A stretch of DNA of 64,000 bases, from assembly GCF_000150275.1 (NCBI RefSeq), contig NW_002060950.1, positions 2,778,106 to 2,842,105 on the forward strand, written 5' to 3'. This DNA is from Trichoplax adhaerens (Eukaryota; Animalia; Placozoa). Of the stretch, positions 53,201 to 64,000 are shown one piece after another. A program made the position numbers and the translations under genes. The notes below the pieces were generated by a model. It worked only from the letters and a program-made list of their open reading frames with translations, searched no databases and was not told the origin of the DNA. Position 1 is the first letter of the stretch, and each line of letters begins with the position of its first letter.

Positions 53201-53828
53201 TATGATTATTTGCATGGCAGTGAAAAAGGGCTCGATTCTAATACGTTCAAGGTATACTAATACTGTACTATTATACAAGTTTCTTTTTGAAGTAAAGTAA
53301 GACTTGATGAATTCATCCAGCAGCATGTATACTTGGAATAAAATGTGTGGATATCGTCCTTTTCACCGTTTTATTTCCTAGAGACAGCGAAGAGTATTGG
53401 AAGTATATAGAGTAAACTGACCATGTTGACTGTTGCAAGAATGGTGTTTCACCTTATTCACTGAGCTGAACGCGCGTTGACAAGTTAGTTTATGTCTATT
53501 AGCTCAATACCCAGTTTTCTTTGAGTAAAGAAAGTTTGTAAACTAGAAAACTACGTTGTACTACGGTTCTATCTCATCTCCCAACCAGGAAATGCAGCAC
53601 CATGTCTGTCGTCGTTTAACTAACTACAACTAAAACGGTCCGACTGCATGGTTGGAATATGTCCCGTTGGAAAAATTCAACTGACAGCGTCAACTCGAAC
53701 TTCTTTTCCTTTGCTTTTTGCCTAACTCTAAAGTCAATGTATGGTCATAGAAGAGTAATAATTACCTGTTCTTGATCATTCTGTGAGATTTTGACAGGAT
53801 CACTTTCTACTTCAATGTCCATGTCCAT
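47269..53828 (-). CDS. PUF60: Poly(U)-binding splicing factor 60 (RRM1-RRM2-UHM), multi-exon
   Basis: [132 protein letters not shown]. Phase-compatible upstream exons at 51842-51992 and 53766-53828 are less certain. Confidence 0.94.
52470..53320. repeat. 214 bp tandem repeat x4 in the inferred PUF60 intron 1
   Basis: ggcttagtaat.taactttgat.tggaa-containing units start at ~52470, 52683, 52897, 53111; the last three are nearly identical. Confidence 0.95.
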
Positions 53829-53944
53829 GATTGAAAATGGAGTCCGTGTATTGGCAATGGCTTTCCTACTGTACGTCTTGCAGTCACCGTAGGTCAGTAC
53901 TGTCCTGTCCCATACTTAACTCCAAACTACAGTAGTTGAACTGA

Positions 53945-54965
53945 CGTTTTGGGGGGGGGGGAAACTTTTTGGTACTACCATTATAAATTTGCGGCCAATT
54001 TGAACAATGAACTTGATCATGTCATGTCGCCCGCGTGCGGGTGAAGCGATACATTACACTCTTACCTAGATTGAAGCGATACATTACACTCTTACCTAGA
54101 TTGAAGCGATACAGTACACTCTCGCCTAGAGTGAAGCGTTACAGTACACTCTTACCTAGAGTGAAGCGATACAGTACAGTCTTACCTAAGTACAGTAGAG
54201 GTGAAGCGATACTCTTACCTACAGTACAGTACAGTACAGTACACTCTTACCTAGAGTGAAGCCATGCCGTACTGTACAGTACAGTACACACTCTTCTTAC
54301 CTACAGTACAGTACAGTATAGTGAAGCGATACAGTACTGTAGGTCGATGGACTTTTTTATACTGTACTGTACTGTACTGTACAATGTACATCCTCAATTC
54401 CTCATTGTTCCTACATTGTTCAAATTGGTCCCAAATTTGTAATGGTAGTATTGAAAAGGTCTCCCCCCCCAAAAAGGTAGGAACTGTAACCCTCTTTTTT
54501 AAGTACTGTAGTGCATATACTATACTGTATCGCTTCAGTCGCACGCGGGCGACATAACATGATTCAGTTCATGATTCAAATTGGTCCCAAATTTGTAATG
54601 GTAGTACCGAAAAGGTCCCCCAAAATGTAGGAACTGTACTGTACACTGTACAGTACGGTCAGTACCCCTCTTTTTTAGGTACAGTACTGTAGTGCATACT
54701 GTATACTGTACAGTATTGTACTGCACTGTATTGCTTCACTCTAGGTAAGACTCACTCCGTAAGAGCGTACTGTAACTGTATCGCTTCACTCTAGGTAAGA
54801 AGAGTGTACTGTACTGTACTATACTGTACTGTAGAGCTCCTGTACTATACTGTACTGTACACTGTACTGTACAGTGTACAGTACTGTATTGCCAGTCCAG
54901 TACAGTGTACGGTACTGTAGGACTACAGTCTACTGCACTGTAGACAGAGAAGTACTGAACTAGTC
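53945..54965. repeat. Foldback/MITE-like composite: ~100 bp inverted arms, internal 30 bp tandem repeats and CAGTA fields, directly upstream of PUF60
   Basis: 53947-54053 is the approximate reverse complement of 54526-54625; GTGAAGCGATACAGTACACTCTTACCTAGA x5 at 54041-54190, with inverted copies at ~54727-54810. Confidence 0.85.
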
Positions 54966-55180
54966 AGTACCCCTAAGCAAGCCCTGCGTAAAAATAATAA
55001 TGGCGCTTTGCCTTGAACGCCTGCCACAGAGTCCCTCAGTGGATGCAAATAATAACCCGACTGTGCAAAATAATGTGCATGTAAACGATCTGTTTCAACC
55101 AGTAATATAGTACAGCACTGAGATCGATCATCATCGGCAGTATGGAGATTCCTTTGCTGGTTCTATTTCGATCATCTACG

Positions 55181-55675
55181 TACGTATTTTGCCATGTTTA
55201 CTCCATTTTGCATCATTTCCAACCTACCATCTTCTCCTAAGCTACATATCTTGCTGATTGTCACCTACTATTCAAGCAACTATTCATACCGCACTCGTAC
55301 TGTTGCTAGTAACTATGCTAGTACACTTTCTCCTACTTGCTGACCATGGCGTATTTTGCCATCTTGACTCCATTTTGCTGATTTTCAACGCACCGTTGCT
55401 AGGGCCATGTTAGTACACTCTCTCCTACTCGGTCAGCATGGCGTATTTTGCCATCTTTACTCCATTTTGCGTCATTTCCAACGTACCTTCTTCTCCTAAG
55501 CTATATCTCGCTGATTGTCAGCCACTATTCAAGCTACTATTCATACCGCACTCGTACTGTTACTAGTAGCCATGCCAGTACACTTTCTCCTACTTGCTGA
55601 CCATGGCGTATTATGCCATGTTTACTCCATTTTGAGTGATTTCCAACGTACCTTCTTCTCGTAAGCTACATCTTC
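55181..55675. repeat. Irregular tandem repeat (units ~165/92/165 bp)
   Basis: cgtattttgccat.tt.actccattttg recurs at ~55183, 55350, 55442, 55607. Confidence 0.9.
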
Positions 55676-58619
55676 CTTATGGTCATAATAATGTAGTTGA
55701 TGGAGGCATCCAATTCAACCTCAACTTGAATTGGAAGCACATTGATAATAGAATCGATCAATCCTACGCAGCCCGACAGTAGCATTGATAGACAGTCATC
55801 ACCAATCCCAATCCCCTTACCCAATAAGAAAGAGCATTGACTCATGGCCTTAGACTGTATACCTTCTCACGGTTGCAACAGTGATGCTTTCCGAAATTCT
55901 TCAAAATCTTCAAATTCCTTACAGTAAAATGCTCAATCAGCGAAATTGTACAATGTACAAGATAGTACGCATAGTCTAACAAGCGAGGAGTCTACTAGTA
56001 GCTTAAGAATATGATGGACACCCATAGGAGAGAGAGACAAGGGTGTGCCAACAGAAACTCATTCTCTTCGATACTGTCATCATCTAAATCTGCAATACTG
56101 TAGTACTGTATCTGGGAATTTCTTCTCTTCCTAAATCCGACACTCTGCATGCCTTAAAGAATAAGTTACTCCTTTTACTTCCTGCTAGTCAATTATCCCA
56201 CCATCTGTCGCTCAAAGTGAATGTAATTTCCTTCTAGTCTACTTGGATTACTCTCTTTTCTTGATGGATGTCAAAGACATGCCATCGACGACTCGTAGAC
56301 GTCCTCGTAGGCTGGAGATTTTCTCCTGCGTTATAAAACCTACTCCAAATATACACGCCAAAATAGGAATGACAGCAGGATCTTTCCGTATGCAATCGAC
56401 TGGCAGTAGAATATTGTTCAGCAAACTGACCCTCCCACAACCCAGCGGGGATCTTTGCATAAACTGCATTGCCTAAAGTTGGCTTCGAACTGGTCGTTCC
56501 AACCAAACCAAATCCTTGCATAGGCGTACTTGTATGCCGCAGTCCAGGACAAGAAAGAATGTTAGGTAAAACCTGACATGTATTTTACCATAAGAAGTCT
56601 CACTAGACGTATTGAAAAAAAGAAAATGTTGCTTGTTGTCATTCTCGTTCGAAAGGAAGGTACAAATCGCAGCGATTCCATCATCAATAACTCTCGCAAG
56701 GATGGGTTTGGAAGAGCGGATTGATCCACTGTCGGCCGTACGAAATACGCCGCATTATATGTGGGAATAGTATTCGTACTACTGTACTGCATTGCTCTTC
56801 GGTTTCACACGAAATGAGTTCAATAAAATTGTAATTTATTAAACTTTGCATACCATACTCCTTATGATATTGATATTTGCAAGAGCTAAGCAAAGGAATG
56901 AAGGTGTTTTGCTCTAAATCCAGTCAACATCGTAATGATAGAAATGATGGAGACATGATCAAAATAATTTCCAAGCATGCTTTACGTTATACCATGATCG
57001 TTTTTTATCCTGTATTCGAGTTGAATTGGACGTGGCCAAATACATATATTGTGACTTGTACTGATAGATTGCAGCTATCGTAAAAGACGTATTAAATACG
57101 ATTAATTTCAGCTCTTGGCAAGCCGCATTGCATATCTCAATCATGTACTACTTCAAAGCGATCACTTTCTTACAAGTCATAAAATTCAATTTCGCGTGCT
57201 TTAAATAACAATACCATGGACAAGTAAATACTTCAAAGTACTGAATAGTCCACGACGTGACAGTAATTTATTCGGCAAGGATTTATTTCAGCAAATTAAA
57301 TAGTTACTAGACTTTGGGAAGGCGTATAAAATTGATTTGCTTTATAATATTTTAGAAATGTTCAACCTTTAGTTAGTAATTAAAATGTACTTCACCATCG
57401 CTATTTCTTGCCAACTGTTCAGCACTAACGGCCAACGTCTAGTACAGTAAGTTGATTTTATATCAATAACGTTATTCAATCGTACTCGTAATCTGGCATT
57501 TACCATGCCATACATTAGCTAATCAAGTCTGATGCATTCACTCTTATTTCAAAGCAGATGTCAATCCTTAAAGCTTATTCTCTTACCACGCTAAAAGTGA
57601 AAACGTGGTTGTAAATGTTAAACCTGTAGTTTTCTTTTTAAAGTTAAAGTCAAGGTCAATAACTTACTATAATGACCGCTAATTTGTCAGCACAAACCGG
57701 TCAATAAACTGCTCTTGATCTACTGTATTTAATCATATTGCACATACTGTTATATATACGAGTATTGTAAAGTTTCTATACAGTGATAGAAAACAAAATT
57801 GCTATATACAGTAGAACAGTGAATAGAAATAGTTGTTTGAGCACGTATTGACCATTAATTATGGCAATTTAATTAAGCGCACATGGTACCATATTTGAAT
57901 CTAGAAAATCCACTCCCATTAATTGTGATTACATTTGGTACTACGAGGTTTTTCTTGCCGGTGTAATGCATAAAATCATGTTAATGTTTTTAAATTGTGC
58001 GGCGTAAAGTGTAAAGTTTTGAATCGGAGCCATTGACTTCAAAGTAAACAAGGGGTGATGATATTTCGAAAATTATACAACTTAGTGTCTAATAGATAGA
58101 CGACTTATCTAGTATGGTAAAGGTCATTTTAAGATCTAACCAGCACAAAATCACTATACCTAATACTGTATCTTATAGTCCTGTTATATCGATATATAAG
58201 AGATAGAAAAGATAGAAAGACATGATACAGTATAACACGAGCATAAACTGCTAGCACGCAAACGTGTAATGGCACGAATTAGACACCATTCTCCTATATT
58301 TTCCAATATAATATTCGTTAGATTCTCTATACTGTATTTGCCATTTTAGTTCGGTGATATCGTCTAGGGACATAACCTTTTTTTACAGTTAAAAAATGGC
58401 GAATTAAAATTACCTGATAAACTTGTTACATCTGTTTTTGGGGGTTTAATTCTTATATACAATAGGGAGGATATGAATTCAATTTATAAATTAAATTTTC
58501 ATTTCTTGCTAACATAATGTCCAAGCTAATTATCTAGAACAAAGTACAGACAATTATCATAAATAACTTGGCTTCTAAGGATATGCTATAGACAGTTATA
58601 TCATTAATACTGGTTATTC

Positions 58620-61600
58620 ACTGTAGGACGAATTTTTTAACTGCCATTGCAATCATTTGAATGAAATTTTCAAAATCATTTCAAAGTTTCTAGACGTACG
58701 AGCAGACTATAGATGTAAAATGGAATAATATCTGGGTGTCTGCTGATGACGAACCACTGTTTTAGGCATTTATTAATTTATAAGCTAAACATATTGTAGC
58801 CGTATTGCTATTTTTTCTTTCACTTCCTATGGCAATTGTTTACGTGCCGCTTATATTGTATGACGATATTACTTCAGCTCATAGTGTGAAGAGACAGATA
58901 GGTATAAAAAATTGCGTATACAAGTTAGAGTAACATAATACCTGAATTAATCAAGATCATATAATTCTATCAAATTAATATTGACCCCTTCCATAGCCCT
59001 ACCTATAATATATCTAAATTTATCGAATTTTATGGCCAGTGATTTATTTGTGGTCATTTCTAGGAACTTATGACTATATGCACCATTGTCATCTGATAAT
59101 TATTTTTAACACAAATCAATACCACCGATACCAAGGTAGAACAATATAATTATTGAATAATAAATAAGTAGAAGATTGCAATAATTATGAAAAATATTAC
59201 TTCAAAGCTAAAGCTAGCAAGGTATCTTGATAACGTACGCTATGCACAGGGGAGGCGTACTTTACTGTAATTTCTACCATTTACTTCTTCATTTGGATCT
59301 ACGACGGGAATAATGATAACGGTAAAATAGAAATTTGATGCCGAATGATATTTAATAGTGGCTATCCTCTTATCAAAGCAGTATCAATGTAATATTAAAG
59401 TAATCGATACTAGACATTATCCAACAACAAATTATAAAGAAGGTTAAAACTTTGTTTGAATAGTTGTGTCGATATCGTACATAACAATAACGCAACAGCC
59501 TAAACGAGCGTGCATGTTTTCACAACAATAATTTTCCTTTTATTCCTTATAATTTTCATCATGTGTTGAAATCCGCTCATTTTCTTCAATGTAAACGAAG
59601 TCGCAAGTATTACACTCCGTTCAATTATTTTATACTGTATTTAGAGAGTATTTGCCGAATAAATTTATCTCATATCGTTATTTAATTGTATTCTAATGAA
59701 TCGATGTTAGAAATAATTGCAAATTTAAGATACGGGTATACGTTGTGTGATCACGTTTTCGTAGTTGATATCAAAAGGTAAAAAATTGTATTGTCTCATT
59801 TAGGAATACTGCTAATTAAGTGGAATAAAATATTGCTTTTGTAAATTAACGATTTAATATAAATTTCTAGCAACGATACTCAATTTTAAAATATTGTAGA
59901 ATTGTTATTAGTCATAGTGTTTTTTAATAGGATGACAATTTAGACAGTCGTTGAAATTCTATATACAACATACGCGTACCTAAATGATGAATAATAAAAA
60001 CTTAGAAAGTAGTAATGGTATCATTTCGTTATTTTATCGATTCCTAGCTTTCTGTATTCAGTTCGGGTTCGCAATATTTTTAATACCTACTTTAACATAG
60101 CTTACTTAAATTTAGGGACTTTATATCGTTATAAAGCAGGTAACACTTCAATATTCCATTACTACAGCCAACCGCAGGAAAGCCATTCCTGTTTACCAAA
60201 GATATATTAATTTCTACTTTAAGTTTTAGAAAAAATCAGTGGCATAAGGATATAATAGTGTCACACCCATGCGATGCAAATACTTCTAGCAATAATGGTA
60301 AAAATAGATCAAACGAAAGTGCAATATTTCATTGCAACCATCTTAATATCGCCTAATATCATATTTATTAGCCAAAGAATTTTAAGTAAAGTAGATATGG
60401 CTAAATAAGAATATTAGTTCATTATAGCGATAGAACGGAAATATCGAATAACAAAGCGATAGTCCAACTTGATATTAGAATGTTAAACATTTCTTGTGAT
60501 TTTTATTATAATATGTCTTAAATGAAACCTACCCATAAAAATCCTTCCAATCAAGTCTTTGAAAGATTTAAAAATTCGCGTACTTTGGACCATATTTATA
60601 ATTTATCTAATTCTTAAGTAAATGGGATATAAATATATTGGCGATTACAATAGTTTAAGATGGAGAATCGATTGATCCATATTAATGAGAATTTGAACTT
60701 CATTAAATTTTTATTATTCATCTTTGGTTTAAAAGTTCAAGAAATATTGGTATTGCTTCTCCTTTTTGTATGCGAGAGGGCTACAAGAGTATTGAGTCCA
60801 AAAAAATGGAAGTCATTCTAAGCAATCCATCCTATTTTTGAAGTTAATTAACTTTTAATAATAGGCAAAGTAGCTACAAGATTTGAAATGCTATATTTAT
60901 TAAGCTTCTTACTGAAATTGGCTTTGAATAGATCTTAGGTTAATACTTTATCAGCTTAATCTATTCATTAAATGATAACATTGTCTATAAGATTAATAAT
61001 TGCTGGACTGCAGCAGCCGGAAGATAAGATTAAAAGCGTACAAAATGCAGTTCTTCCGCTTGAGGGGTAGCAAACTACCGAATGCAAAGCAATCATAACC
61101 TAAGTTATTGTCCGCAGCAAGGCCAGCCCACTAAATTCTTTGTTGTTCAACTATTGATTGCATATTAAAGATGTGCGAATACTAATCTTTCATATCGACA
61201 AAGCTTATTGTTCTAACTCTATTTCTGAAGTAAATTACATGGTAACCATTATCTACCCGGATGGTAATATACTCATGCAATTTTCTTACACTGAGCGAGT
61301 TGCATGCTGAATTAAGAAATTCAGTCATGCATTATTTGTTAGTGATAATGCTATCTTGATCTTATAAAATGGAATTGATGATTGTTAAACTCAACGGATT
61401 GTATATTACTAGTGTAGTTGTCGAGTAAATTAGATGTCTGCTTTCATTGATATGGTGGAAATCTTCCATTTGATCGATCTAAATGCAGCTGAGAAAAGAT
61501 ACATGAATATGGCTTGCTAACTTTATACAAGTCAATTATTATTTTCTTATTGCCATGGTTAAATATACGCGTACTCACTTATTTTTACCATAGGAGAATA

Positions 61601-62750
61601 CGTCACATTTTTGTAATAAAATTGTTTATCTGTGGGATACCTTTATTGCAGTAGAAGTTTATTATACCTGTTTACTTAATTATTTCTATCTTTCGAGCTA
61701 AACAATATAGAATTAATTAATTAAGCGACAAATAATGATAGTTGCATAAAAGATTATGACGTTTCTACCGTTGCTTAGCTGTCACACAGTACTGCTACCG
61801 TCTCTAGCAGTTGATAGTGGTAGTCCTTACGAATGGAGACGATAATTTCAAAAATATTTTTATCCGATAATAATTAAAATTTCTTGATGCTTGCCGTAGT
61901 CGTTGAACAACAGAAAATTCATGTTGAGATTATTTATGCTAATCGATGAGATTACAAGTCACTTTTCAATTAAAGATAAATAAAATTACTGGAATAGCGA
62001 TAGACAGTAATCAAAAAATAGACATTTTTGATTTTGAATTGCTCTTCATCTATTAAATATAGATGAGCTATCCTACTCCCCCAACCTCGACATCCACAAT
62101 AACGTATTGATTCAATAACATTTTCTCATCTCTTGCAAATAAAATGATGATGCATCCTTTTGACTCATTTTCTAGAATAATGCAAAATAGAGAATTTTGA
62201 TCATTTGAATTCATTTTCTTTCCAATGTTGTTGACCAAGATAATACTTGATGTTTACCTGAGTTAGGTAATAGTCATAAAAGATTCATATTAACTTTGAT
62301 CCAGTCATGCTGACTGATAATCTTTTTATAGCCAATTTGATGTTGGTGAGAAATTGGTGATATTACTCATATTACACCGCTAGATAATATAATACTTTCT
62401 TAATTAGAAAAGCAAACAACAGGCTGTGTACTGTAGAGGGTGTTTTCTTATAGCTATTGTTTTTCCTTGAGCTCAAAAGTGGTGATTCTAGTCCAATCGA
62501 GTTGGAAGATAGTTTATTATATAGTGTCTTTGCAACATTTTTCATGGGCATAATGATGATCATCGTGCTGCTAACCAAGGAGATAGCTTTTCTAAGCTTG
62601 ATTGCTGTCACCTTGTATGACAATTGCATAAGTCTACCGTCGTTGTGTACGACAGCTGTATTGAAAATATTGAATCCAAAATGTGCTCTGATTCCTTTGG
62701 CTCTGGCTTCAGGAGTAAATAAAAAATGCCATTTATTAAAGTAATCCAGT
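58620..62750 (+). pseudogene. Possible heavily decayed leucine-rich-repeat GPCR (LGR/RXFP-like) relic
   Basis: Frameshifted LRR-like and TM-like fragments in the expected order (see findings); no intact ORF. Confidence 0.25.
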
Positions 62751-64000
62751 AGCTAATGGCTATTACTGGAGTAAGTATTGATTAACTATTTAAAATCAAT
62801 AGTCTTTTTTTTTAATATCTGCGGTCGTATGAACATTGAATGATTTATTGGCCTTTACACACCCATTCGTGATGGGCTGCTCCAACTTTCACCCTCCCAA
62901 TGATGGAAAAAATTTGCTTAATAGCCTTATTTCAATTAATATGCTATTGTACATGTTGTTTTTTACCAATTAGCATATTTTTTTCATTGATTAAGTGGAC
63001 GAGAAAAGAAGGATGAATAGACTAGAAAGGGGGAAAAAAATTGATCAATTAATACGTTGAAGACGATATATTATTATGGAATAATTTTCGTTATAAACAA
63101 AGCGTTATCAATGGCTAACTCATGATTATGATGTCCAGTAGGTGATCATATTGTCTAGTAGAAGACATTGTAATAGAATAATAAAATATCATCAATATCT
63201 CCTACTATCAATTGATGAAAATTTATAGACAGCCTTAAGCTAGCATTGAAATTGAATGAGATTAAACTGTAATGCATGATAGTATACGAGGCATTAAAGT
63301 TAAAAGTCATCAAATATCACCTTGATGAAATTAGATCAGTTATGCTTGATAAATGATCCATTTATTTTGATCGATGATACCATAATATAATGAGTTAAAA
63401 GGTTCAAAAATGGATGGATAGCATGATATATCATTCAGTAAATGAGGTAGTTTATCAGTATTATCCTTCGGCTCAGTTAGATAGTCAATGTAGGCATCTT
63501 GTAGTAAAGTGGGATGCCCTTATTGACATTGAAATTGAATTTTATACCAGTATTTGTTCAAGCATGTTAGAATTGCTCAATCGGCTCGATCATTGATTGT
63601 CCGTTGGAAAAAATTTCATTTTTCTATTCTATTTTTTTTCTCCTTTTTTTTATTTTTTTCTATCCACTGATGTTGAGGCAATTGATTCTAATTTATACTT
63701 TCAAAATAAGACGAATAGACTGTTTAAAAGTTAACGATGTTGTTAGCTTAATGCTCTTCAACTAGAATAACAATCGATGACATCTTTTAATAATAGACTA
63801 ATGCATCTAAATGATTTGCAGATTTGAATCCAATACATTATAGACGTCATGGGGTGCAAGTTTATTCTCGTCACCAAGAGTAGTATATAATAGACGGCAT
63901 ATTTGATTGACAAGTCATTTTTTGAAGGAGTAATTGAATAGAAAGAAGTTAAGTAGTGATCTTCTCATTAGTCGTATATAGCCCCCACTAACTATCGTGT

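Noticed and set aside
54041-54190. 30 bp repeats (and the 6641-6810 and 39640-39910 modules) as a CRISPR array
   Set aside because: Units are directly tandem or separated only by low-complexity CAGTA, with no unique spacers; no cas genes; eukaryotic intron-rich context.

Overview
AT-rich eukaryotic genomic DNA with many short spliceosomal introns. Gene content and architecture fit an early-branching animal, most likely a placozoan (Trichoplax-like); this is inference, not verified. Genes reconstructed by hand-splicing: NAGK (+, 5'-truncated), PPIL4 (-), a kinesin-14 KIFC1-like gene (+), three intronless tandem TPMT-family methyltransferases (+), a long coiled-coil kinesin-6 KIF20-like gene (-), TCF25/Rqc1 (+) and PUF60 (-). 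There is a 50-N assembly gap. Most short ORFs in the supplied track are exon fragments, antisense shadows or repeat artefacts. The main non-coding pattern is that both divergent promoter regions (PPIL4/KIFC1, KIF20/TCF25) and the region just upstream of PUF60 each hold a dense CAGTA/TACTG pentamer field interleaved with a locus-specific reiterated module; upstream of PUF60 it is arranged as a foldback. Unrelated 90-214 bp tandem arrays sit in first introns or upstream of genes, including an 18-copy ~180 bp satellite with higher-order structure inside the TPMT cluster. PUF60 appears to carry an N-terminal ULM-like motif ([11 protein letters not shown]). The last ~7 kb has no intact gene but shows traces of a decayed LRR-GPCR.
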